Shown here piece after piece: positions 7,831 through 15,193 of a DNA stretch of 20,000 nucleotides. A program made the position numbers and the translations under genes. The notes beneath the pieces are model-generated. The model was not told the origin of the DNA and made no database searches. It was given only the letters and a program-made list of their open reading frames with translations. Position 1 is the first letter of the stretch. Each line of letters starts with the position of its first letter. The stretch is from an uncultured virus (IMG/VR IMGVR_UViG_3300042310_000554) (Duplodnaviria; Heunggongvirae; Uroviricota; Caudoviricetes), in the IMG/VR virus record IMGVR_UViG_3300042310_000554. One strand, written 5' to 3'.

Positions 7831-7914
7831 TAATGCGGGTGTATGCTCTACCATCTGAGCTACGGATTTGAAACCGGAGGGATTTGAAACCTCGACACAA
7901 CACCCACACCATTA
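7831..7914 (-). ncRNA. Circularly permuted tRNA mimic (YrlA/Y-RNA-like) #1
   Basis: Terminal stem GTGTGGGTGT/ACACCCGCAT; T-arm GAGG-TTTCAAATC-CCTC; closed acceptor-like hairpin CGG-TTTCAAAT-CCG; TA; canonical D-arm GCTC-AGATGGTA-GAGC. Confidence 0.72.
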
Positions 7915-7938
7915 CTTCAACGAACTTATTTTCTTCTA

Positions 7939-7970
7939 CAAAGATAATACATTTATTTTAATCTGTCAAA
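7939..7970 (-). promoter_or_regulatory. Bacteroidetes-type promoter for the tRNA-mimic cluster
   Basis: TTTG (7970-7967), 20 nt spacer, TATCTTTG (7946-7939). Confidence 0.75.
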
Positions 7971-7987
7971 TATTTTTTGAAATTTTT

Positions 7988-8197
7988 TTAATTCATATTA
8001 TCCAAGAACATTTCAATAATCTCATCTTCCTCTTCATCTGTCCCTTCGGCTCCGTTAATCCATTCTATGGTATCTACAGTGTAATCGTCCCAATTGTCCC
8101 AGAACGCGTGAATTGTAAATTCTCTTCCATCCTCGGTTTTACCATCATAATCATAATTTGCTGAAGTTAAAACTTCGCTTGAATAATTTATTTCCAT
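7988..8197 (-). CDS. Small, highly acidic hypothetical protein
   Basis: 69 aa with 21 D/E versus 2 K/R; A-rich leader. Confidence 0.7.
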   Translation of the reverse strand: MEINYSSEVLTSANYDYDGKTEDGREFTIHAFWDNWDDYTVDTIEWINGAEGTDEEEDEIIEMFLDNMN

Positions 8198-8218
8198 TTT
8201 TTTTTATTTTTTAATTTG

Positions 8219-8311
8219 TAGTCAGGAGAGGAATCGAACCTCTCTACAGGGAGCTACCCGTCATCCATGACCTTCCATCGGACTCGAACCGACCTTGTAT
8301 CCAACCTGACT
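8219..8311 (-). ncRNA. tRNA-like RNA with two T-loops and no D or anticodon arm
   Basis: Acceptor AGTCAGG/CCTGACT+A; T-arm AGAGG-TTCGATT-CCTCT; interior closed by TACA/TGTA holding TCGG-TTCGAGT-CCGA, GTCA-TGGA-TGAC and GGG-TAGCT-CCC. Confidence 0.65.
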
Positions 8312-8458
8312 ATTTTTCGCTAATGTTAAAAACTGAATCAATCTCCCTAAAAAACACTAACTTGGTACTTACTATATCGGCTCCCCCATCCTAGTTATAT
8401 ATTCACCTGAAACTTCGATGGGTTGTTGATTGACCACACCCACCTACTCAAATAGTTT

Positions 8459-8713
8459 TTACACACTCATCATCCAACCCATCCGGTTTTGAGATTGATA
8501 CTCACTATAAGTACATTTTCTCATTGAGGAATAGTCGGGTCTCAACTTAACATGAGTCGGATATTTCTTCTCGTGTTCTTTGCTCTCTCTCACCACCTTA
8601 GCGTAAGCTTCTCTCTTACTTGGAGCCCACACATCATTAAATCCACCACCTATCCAATTAAACAAATAAAGGTATTCGCCGTTAACACTTCTATACAATT
8701 TCTCTTTAGCCAT
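8459..8713 (-). CDS. Hypothetical protein (84 aa, start MAKEKLY)
   Basis: The upstream start at 8758 lies inside the promoter at 8737-8767, so ATG 8713 is preferred. Confidence 0.7.
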   Translation of the reverse strand: MAKEKLYRSVNGEYLYLFNWIGGGFNDVWAPSKREAYAKVVRESKEHEKKYPTHVKLRPDYSSMRKCTYSEYQSQNRMGWMMSV

Positions 8714-8736
8714 AATGATTAGTTTTAAATCCGATA

Positions 8737-8767
8737 CAAAGATAAGCATTAAATCCACACTTCCAAA
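8737..8767 (-). promoter_or_regulatory. Bacteroidetes-type promoter
   Basis: TTTG (8767-8764), 19 nt spacer, TATCTTTG (8744-8737). Confidence 0.75.
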
Positions 8768-8835
8768 CTTTATTTCATTTTTTTTTAAAAAATTTTTTTA
8801 CGATAACGATTCCGTAAGTTTATTTACTATTTTTC

Positions 8836-8864
8836 TTGACATGTCGGACATATTTATCTATAAT
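8836..8864 (+). promoter_or_regulatory. Perfect canonical -35/-10 promoter upstream of the lipoprotein gene
   Basis: TTGACA (8836-8841), 17 nt spacer, TATAAT (8859-8864); spacer contains TATTTAT. Confidence 0.55.
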
Positions 8865-8890
8865 TTAACAGAATTAAAAAACAAACTATT

Positions 8891-9067
8891 ATGAAAAAGT
8901 TATTATTGGCGATTGTTATCGCAGGGTCTTTGTCTCTAACTTCTTGTTGGAAAGGTACAAAAAATGAAGAATCAACAACAGAAGTTGCAACCGATACCAC
9001 ACAAGTGGATTCAGTACAGGTTGATTCAGTGGAAGTGGATACTGTAAAAGTAGATACGGTTAAGTAA
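8891..9067 (+). CDS. Small lipoprotein (58 aa) with VD(S/T)V repeats
   Basis: MKKLLLAIVIAGSLSLTS-C lipobox; tail DTTQVDSVQVDSVEVDTVKVDTVK; missed by the ORF track; followed by a terminator. Confidence 0.85.
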   Translation: MKKLLLAIVIAGSLSLTSCWKGTKNEESTTEVATDTTQVDSVQVDSVEVDTVKVDTVK

Positions 9068-9071
9068 TCAG

Positions 9072-9099
9072 AAACCCCTCTTAACGGAGGGGTTTTTTT
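9072..9099. terminator. Bidirectional intrinsic terminator
   Basis: AAACCCCTC-TTAACG-GAGGGGTTTTTTT between convergent genes. Confidence 0.8.
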
Positions 9100-9661
9100 A
9101 TTTTAAAAGTTGTTTAATTCTATTAATATCTTCATTAAGTTCATCGTCTTTTTTCTTTGGTTTGTCGGATAACGCTTTTTTAATAAAAGATATTGGACTT
9201 AAAAGTATGTCAGTAAAAATATCAGACCCTCCAATTCTAGGTTCATTTGATTTTACAATAGGTTCTTTGGTTTTAGGGTCTTTGGTTTTAGGGTCTTTAA
9301 CGTTTTTGTTAAATTTATGACCACTTAAAAAATCACCAACATTTTGTTTTGATTTGTTTTTATTTAGGATTGAGAATGATATTTCTTTATCTGAAAAATA
9401 TCCAATAGTGTGTCCTTGTTTCACTGTACTACCAATTCCAACAATAACTCTACCTATTTCACAAAAATCTGAATAAAAGGTTTCACCATTAACATTATGC
9501 TCAATAGTAAGATTTCCATCACAACGATTAATAGATGGTACAACTATACCATCATAAGGGCTAACTAACCTATCGTTATCATATGATGAAAGACCGACAG
9601 TTTTTGATAACATTCCTTGGTTTAAATTACCATTAGGTGAAGGTGAGATGAAATGATTCAT
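9098..9661 (-). CDS. Peptidase M23-like fold protein, probably non-catalytic
   Basis: VSPYDGIVV, IEH...FYS, VGIGSTVKQGHTIG resemble M23/hybrid-motif strands; the HxxxD and HxH zinc ligands are not evident. Confidence 0.55.
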   Translation of the reverse strand: MNHFISPSPNGNLNQGMLSKTVGLSSYDNDRLVSPYDGIVVPSINRCDGNLTIEHNVNGETFYSDFCEIGRVIVGIGSTVKQGHTIGYFSDKEISFSILNKNKSKQNVGDFLSGHKFNKNVKDPKTKDPKTKEPIVKSNEPRIGGSDIFTDILLSPISFIKKALSDKPKKKDDELNEDINRIKQLLK

Positions 9662-10266
9662 TATAATAAATTTTTTATACGATTAATACTCTCAAGTATT
9701 CTTTTATTTTTAAAAAAATTTTCATTATTTAACGACATAATTTTTGATATTCCAGCTGATAATAAATCACCACCAAGTTCCGGTTTTCCATCAACATAAG
9801 TGGTTGTTGTATTATCATCATTATTGGTTATACCGCTCTTTGTTGAGCCCTTACCTTCTGGTTGACCGCTTCTATATGATATATGAAAATGTCCTCCGGT
9901 GGCTTTGGCAGTTGGATTTGTATATTCATCAATATATGAAAATCCATTATATTTTGTTTTATATGAATCTAATAATGATTTAAAGTCTGAACGACACGCA
10001 CTATCTAAAGTCACATCAACCGCCTCTCCTTTAGTATGACGACTAGTATAACTTGTGATTTTTTTATGAAAAGAATCATTACCGGATGTGAAAGTTAAAG
10101 GACAATTACTCTTTAGTTTTTTCCAATCATCCATGAATTTAGATAATATATCTAAAAAATCGGGTTGCAAATCACCTCCTGAAGTTAATTCGTTTCCTTT
10201 TTCAACATTCCCAACACTTTTAAGTTTAGATTTAAATTCTGATGATGAAAGTTCTAATAATTTCAT
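9661..10266 (-). CDS. Peptidase M15-like (Zn D-Ala-D-Ala/LAS) cell-wall hydrolase
   Basis: TSG...SRHTKGEAVD (SxHxxGxAxD) and GHFHIS (HxH) motifs. Confidence 0.7.
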   Translation of the reverse strand: MKLLELSSSEFKSKLKSVGNVEKGNELTSGGDLQPDFLDILSKFMDDWKKLKSNCPLTFTSGNDSFHKKITSYTSRHTKGEAVDVTLDSACRSDFKSLLDSYKTKYNGFSYIDEYTNPTAKATGGHFHISYRSGQPEGKGSTKSGITNNDDNTTTTYVDGKPELGGDLLSAGISKIMSLNNENFFKNKRILESINRIKNLL

Positions 10267-10286
10267 ATTTTTTTAATTTTTTAATA

Positions 10287-10490
10287 TTATTCTGTAACAA
10301 CCATAATACATGTTTTACCTCCATCAATTGTGAAAAATAAATCATATGTTCCAATATAATCTGTTGTTTCATAAAAATATGGGATGACATGGTCACCTAA
10401 ACTAATTACTCCACCCGATGTTGGGTTGTATGTTATTGAGGCTGTTTGTCCTGAATAATCTGTACTATATATTACTATTCCGTTTGTCAT
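10287..10490 (-). CDS. 67-aa protein, stand-alone paralog of the N-terminal module of the upstream gene
   Basis: YSGQTASITYNPTSGGVISLGDHVIPY aligns with YSGYSGNITYYPSTGGTIDLGSVMLPY. Confidence 0.7.
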   Translation of the reverse strand: MTNGIVIYSTDYSGQTASITYNPTSGGVISLGDHVIPYFYETTDYIGTYDLFFTIDGGKTCIMVVTE

Positions 10491-10502
10491 TTGTATTAAT
10501 TT

Positions 10503-12668
10503 TTAAATTGGGAATATAACTACTCCATTGTTTATTTCATAAATTAATGTTCCTGGTGAGACAACACTACCATTAGAATCTAACCTATTTGTTATTGTAA
10601 AATTATTTGTTGGGTCAGTTACATCGGTTACATTGTAAAATATATAATATGTGTATGATTCCCACTGAAAATTATTGGAAGTAGAGAGCCAACCACTCAT
10701 AGATGATTGACATACATTAGGTTTAGGTGTAATTCTTGAAGACGAACTTGAATTGTGTGATGGGAAAAAAGTGGTACTATAATACCGTCCTCCGATTGAG
10801 TAATAAGGGTTAATCCCATTACCTCTTCTAACATACGTTTTAAATGTATAATTCGCCTCGGAAATTTCGTTATTTATATTATTAATAACTTGATTTATTG
10901 AATCATACATACCATTACACGTTGTCCCACTATTATAACCATTAAGCCCCGTAGAAAGAACAACCGTTATTATTTTATTTAAATCATCAAATATAAATGG
11001 ACTTGATATGTGAGTTGAATAGTCATACGCAACACCTAATGTATCACCACAAGTTGTTCCTGAAAGAACACCTATAGTAAGATATTTGTAATAATTAATA
11101 TTTGATGGGTTATTTATATAATTTGACAGTGTGGAACCCGTAGCTACGTTATATTGAGTTTTGTAAACATTATAATCAGTTATATTGTCAAAAGTTAATG
11201 TTATTGTCGAACCTACTTTAGTTATCGTTGTTCCAGAAATTTGGTTTGTACATAGACTGTTCACAAATGTCCCACCCTGACTTGCACTAACTTTTAAATC
11301 ACAACTTCCATTGGCCATTGATTGTGTCCCAATGCTTTCAATTTTGGACCCATGATATTTAAAAAAGTTGTTATTAGTAGTTGTTGCGGTATAAATTGGT
11401 GAATTTCTTTTTAAACCCGAAATTGTTAACCTACAATTAGATATGTCATATGTTGAGGTAATATTAGAAACATCATATCCACCTGTCACAAAATTACCAT
11501 TAAAAATTGAACCACAATCTAGTGACGCAGTATCTGTTAAACACTTACCTGAAAACCCCCAATTTGTATTGGTATTTGTTGGGTTTGGTTCCATATTTAT
11601 TAATAAATAATCCCCATTAGTATAAGTAAAACCGGTTAATGAAGTAACTAGTTTTAAAGTATCCGGACCTAAAGTTGTGCTTAATCCATATGAATAAACT
11701 TTTGGGTTCGATGTTAAACTATTAGTTCCCGCATCATAACCTACTTTCCAATTTTCGATTTGTGAATTAATATTGTTAGTCGGACTAATATAACTAATAC
11801 TTATTGTATCATAAACATTAAACCCTTTAAATGCCCATGCGAAATTTTTAGTAATAGGACTTAAATCCCAACTAATACTTCTTTGAGCTTGAGTTGAATT
11901 TTGAGTGGTATTAACATACGATATTGTCACAGGATATGTATTTCCTGATACACCTGAAGAACAAGTATAACTTTCAACACATATTGTATTACTAATTGTT
12001 GTTAAATTTAAATTTAAATCAGGACTATATTTAACAATTCCATCGACTAAATTAATATCTGAAGTGTATTGGATACCGTCTAAATACACAAATCTAATAA
12101 CAGGATACCATGTACCTCCTTGAGCTGGCTCACTATAAAATGGTTGTACTACTGTAACATCAGGTGATGCGCTAATAGCCGAACCTGACGTAAACGATGG
12201 TGAACCAATAACTTCATTTAAATACCAATCAACAACATAAGTACCAATTGTACATCCTGAACTAGATAATAATGAACCAGCACTTAAAGCCCCAAGTTGA
12301 CAACCAATTTGAGATTCTTCAATGTATAATCCACAATCTTCACCTTTATTTACGACAATACTATAATTAACATCACAAATAGATGGGATAAGTGGTTCTG
12401 TTGGAGTTACAGTTGGAGTTACAGTTGGAGTTTGGGTATTAGTAGGAGTTACTGTTGGTGTGATGTTTAGCGGTGGATAATTTAAAACACAAATCTTCTC
12501 AAATTCGGTTATATCTATAATATATTGACCATAATAATATTCCGTATAATATATATAAGGTAACATTACCGAACCTAAATCTATTGTACCACCAGTTGAG
12601 GGGTAATAGGTTATATTTCCGGAATACCCACTATAATTATCTGTTGATATTGTAAATTTATATGACAT
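10503..12668 (-). CDS. Large S/T/N/C-rich modular protein with a Pro-Thr linker (putative virion surface or fibre protein)
   Basis: 721 aa; N-module, TPTVTPTNTQTPTVTPTVTPT linker, beta-rich body. Confidence 0.7.
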   Translation of the reverse strand: MSYKFTISTDNYSGYSGNITYYPSTGGTIDLGSVMLPYIYYTEYYYGQYIIDITEFEKICVLNYPPLNITPTVTPTNTQTPTVTPTVTPTEPLIPSICDVNYSIVVNKGEDCGLYIEESQIGCQLGALSAGSLLSSSGCTIGTYVVDWYLNEVIGSPSFTSGSAISASPDVTVVQPFYSEPAQGGTWYPVIRFVYLDGIQYTSDINLVDGIVKYSPDLNLNLTTISNTICVESYTCSSGVSGNTYPVTISYVNTTQNSTQAQRSISWDLSPITKNFAWAFKGFNVYDTISISYISPTNNINSQIENWKVGYDAGTNSLTSNPKVYSYGLSTTLGPDTLKLVTSLTGFTYTNGDYLLINMEPNPTNTNTNWGFSGKCLTDTASLDCGSIFNGNFVTGGYDVSNITSTYDISNCRLTISGLKRNSPIYTATTTNNNFFKYHGSKIESIGTQSMANGSCDLKVSASQGGTFVNSLCTNQISGTTITKVGSTITLTFDNITDYNVYKTQYNVATGSTLSNYINNPSNINYYKYLTIGVLSGTTCGDTLGVAYDYSTHISSPFIFDDLNKIITVVLSTGLNGYNSGTTCNGMYDSINQVINNINNEISEANYTFKTYVRRGNGINPYYSIGGRYYSTTFFPSHNSSSSSRITPKPNVCQSSMSGWLSTSNNFQWESYTYYIFYNVTDVTDPTNNFTITNRLDSNGSVVSPGTLIYEINNGVVIFPI

Positions 12669-12680
12669 ATTTTTTTAATA

Positions 12681-13286
12681 TTATTGTTGTAGATGGTTCA
12701 TTAATACACCACCCAATGAGGCTGAATACATTTTTAAATGTTGAATATCCTCTTCATCCAATTTAGTTTTTCTTTTCGTATAATCTAAACCTAATGTTCC
12801 TATGAATTTTCCATCAATAGATTTAATGGGGAATAAATAACCTGATTTACATCCTGTGTCTTCAGCAACATATTTTAATCCAAAAGTGGGGATTGTTTCA
12901 TCTTTAAAATCCGAAATTTCAATAGATTCATTCTCTAATAAATAGTTGATAGATTTTGAAAATAAATTAACGGGGATATTTTGAAAGTTTGATTGGATAG
13001 ATAGGGCTCCTGTTTTTACAGTTTCGTAAATTATACTAAACTTAGCCATTGATTTACCTGTTGGGTAGAAATTTCCACCATTATGAAATTGGGTTATCCA
13101 AACTCTATCAGGTTTTAATTCGTCCTTGATACGGTCTAATTTAGACATTACAAGCTCACTAACTTTTAAAGTTTCTAAAACCATATCAGGTTTTTGATTC
13201 TTTTTATCTAATTTATTTTTAATAAATAATAATATGACTGGTCCTAAAACTCCCGTGATAAATGCTACTATTACTGATGTACTCAT
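12681..13286 (-). CDS. N-terminal TM helix plus GAF-like domain protein (possible T4 T-type holin)
   Basis: Hydrophobic residues 5-22; DRVWITQFHNG...SGYLFPIKSIDGKFIGTLGLDY resembles the GAF core. Confidence 0.55.
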   Translation of the reverse strand: MSTSVIVAFITGVLGPVILLFIKNKLDKKNQKPDMVLETLKVSELVMSKLDRIKDELKPDRVWITQFHNGGNFYPTGKSMAKFSIIYETVKTGALSIQSNFQNIPVNLFSKSINYLLENESIEISDFKDETIPTFGLKYVAEDTGCKSGYLFPIKSIDGKFIGTLGLDYTKRKTKLDEEDIQHLKMYSASLGGVLMNHLQQ

Positions 13287-13322
13287 AATTTGTTAATATA
13301 TCAAGATAAATAGTTTAAAAAT

Positions 13323-13352
13323 AAAAAAAGTGAAGAAATTTTCCTCACTTTT
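13323..13352 (-). terminator. Intrinsic terminator after the RNA ligase operon
   Basis: AAAAGTGA...TCACTTTT inverted repeat with a T-tract on the minus strand. Confidence 0.6.
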
Positions 13353-13362
13353 ATCTTTTTTC

Positions 13363-14388
13363 TTACAACTTTTTAAATTCCGGTTTGATTAGATTCCATA
13401 TAATTTCAGAATAATCTTTTTTATCAAACATCCTAAATAAAATACCTGACAAATGTTTATTTTGTTGTGACACCCACTCAGCAAATTCTTTTCTATCTTC
13501 TATGGGTTCTTTGTCGTTATATTTACCATACATTTTACCATCAAACTTTTTACCAGCATCTTCAGATATTTGGAAATAAGAATACCTTAATTCTTTTACA
13601 TAATTTTTAATTTTGGTGTAAAATTCATCCGGAACATCTTTTAATAATTCCATTACATCCTCATCATTTTTTAAATACTCCCAAATACCGGTTGTAGATA
13701 CATTAGTCATAATTTTGTGAAGACGCAAATATTCAACACCTTTAACTTTGACTCTGTCCCCATTTGAGAACTTCACCACAAACCCTTCTTGGTCGTTTTT
13801 AACCATTTCTTTTAATTGTTGGTAGTCCTTGATACCATCGTATTTTTTAACCACATCAAAACCCCACTCATCCCAATCTGACATGTCATAATCTTTACCC
13901 CAATTATCGAATGCTCCCAATAGGACCAGTTTCTCTTCACCTTTATAATCCAAAACAATTCTGTTTTCCGGATAGATAATCTCAAAACAAAATGTCATAT
14001 GTCTGAACATTATGTCTGTATTGTATTTCTTTAAGAGTTCTCTTGCTTTGATTGCTTGGTCTGATGTAAATGAACCACGAGTCGCCACCACCCATTGACC
14101 CTGATACCAAAATACAATACCTAATGAACCGTCCATTTTTTCATAAACCTCAAAAGTTTCGGTAGGAGTATATTTTCCTTCCTCAATATTAAAGAATTTT
14201 TTAAATGGTGTCGCAACAATGTCTCCTTTGTCATCAGTAACTAAACCTCTACACATAAGAGTCACCTCATCCCATAGGTTCTCGTACTGAACTTTTTCAG
14301 AGTAGTTCCATATGGTTAATGGAAGTGTTGGATGCACTTGTTTGTAAAGTAATCCGTCTTCGTAATATTTGTTTAGTTTTTCTAACAT
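13363..14388 (-). CDS. rnl1: T4 Rnl1-like RNA ligase
   Basis: CRGLV, PFKKFFN, motif I EKMDGS, TRGSF, FEII, EGFVV, VKVK. Confidence 0.9.
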   Translation of the reverse strand: MLEKLNKYYEDGLLYKQVHPTLPLTIWNYSEKVQYENLWDEVTLMCRGLVTDDKGDIVATPFKKFFNIEEGKYTPTETFEVYEKMDGSLGIVFWYQGQWVVATRGSFTSDQAIKARELLKKYNTDIMFRHMTFCFEIIYPENRIVLDYKGEEKLVLLGAFDNWGKDYDMSDWDEWGFDVVKKYDGIKDYQQLKEMVKNDQEGFVVKFSNGDRVKVKGVEYLRLHKIMTNVSTTGIWEYLKNDEDVMELLKDVPDEFYTKIKNYVKELRYSYFQISEDAGKKFDGKMYGKYNDKEPIEDRKEFAEWVSQQNKHLSGILFRMFDKKDYSEIIWNLIKPEFKKL

Positions 14389-14392
14389 AATT

Positions 14393-14530
14393 TTATTTTT
14401 TCTTTTTCTTTTTTTTAATAGGTCTTTCAGGTCTTTCTAAATATCTTGGGGGTAAAGGAATTTGTCTTCCCCCTCTGAATACACACCCATTTCCCATCAT
14501 GAGGAAGGACCAAATAAACCACCCTATCAT
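14393..14530 (-). CDS. 45-aa hypothetical protein MIGWFIWSFLMMGNGCVFRGGRQIPLPPRYLERPERPIKKKKKKK
   Basis: ATGA overlap with the kinase stop; fills the gap exactly to 4 nt before the ligase ATG. Confidence 0.55.
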   Translation of the reverse strand: MIGWFIWSFLMMGNGCVFRGGRQIPLPPRYLERPERPIKKKKKKK

Positions 14531-14910
14531 AATTTTATCTCAAATCTATCTTTCATCTGTACTAATTTATCCTCCGGAACTCCGTGTTCATTTACACCAC
14601 CGTGTCTATTTTCCACAATGATGGAGAACACTTTATATCCGTATTTTGATGCTAAGTCATAATATGGTAGCATTTCCCACTCTTGTGTGAATGTGTTAGA
14701 TACTACCACTCTTTTACTTTTATTTTCCATAAAAACTCTCACAGCGTTTTGACACCAAGCGTGAGCATCTTTTAATTTAGAACCATCAAATTCGTACTTA
14801 CCTTCGTAGGTAAAGTATTTATCTGCTTCCATATGCGACCCCCCTAATGATTCCGCCAATGTTGTTTTACCTGAGCCGGGACAACCACGAACTAAAAATA
14901 ACTCTTTCAT
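14527..14910 (-). CDS. P-loop kinase (AAA_33, polynucleotide-kinase-like)
   Basis: RGCPGSGKTT Walker A, EADKYF, VVSNT, HGVP. Confidence 0.82.
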   Translation of the reverse strand: MKELFLVRGCPGSGKTTLAESLGGSHMEADKYFTYEGKYEFDGSKLKDAHAWCQNAVRVFMENKSKRVVVSNTFTQEWEMLPYYDLASKYGYKVFSIIVENRHGGVNEHGVPEDKLVQMKDRFEIKL

Positions 14911-14911
14911 A

Positions 14912-15193
14912 TTAATTTTTTAAATATTTTACAATCTTTTCAATTCCTTCGGTATCATCCGAATTAATAATAAACTCATCAAACGCTCCGTATCTACATT
15001 GATAACCAAAAATATATTTCAAACCATAACTAACTCTTTCCCAAAAAGGTCGTTTAGTTAAATGAGTATGGATATAAACCATTGGATATTTTACACCATC
15101 AATTTCATCTTCATCATATAAGACAACCATTTGATGTTCCGTATTATGACAGGAACAAATGAATAAATCTTTTTGTGTTTGCTTAATTTCCAT
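14912..15193 (-). CDS. Hypothetical protein (CxC...H motif)
   Basis: Tightly packed ORF in the operon. Confidence 0.7.
   Translation of the reverse strand: MEIKQTQKDLFICSCHNTEHQMVVLYDEDEIDGVKYPMVYIHTHLTKRPFWERVSYGLKYIFGYQCRYGAFDEFIINSDDTEGIEKIVKYLKN

Noticed and set aside
7634..7914. True permuted tRNA genes that mature into functional tRNAs
   Set aside because: Acceptor stems are only 3-4 bp, with no anticodon loop halves or BHB motif at the ends, so a Y-RNA-like mimic fits better
7637..8164. Plus-strand ORFs 7637-7828 and 7868-8164
   Set aside because: Antisense shadows of the tRNA-like genes and the acidic protein
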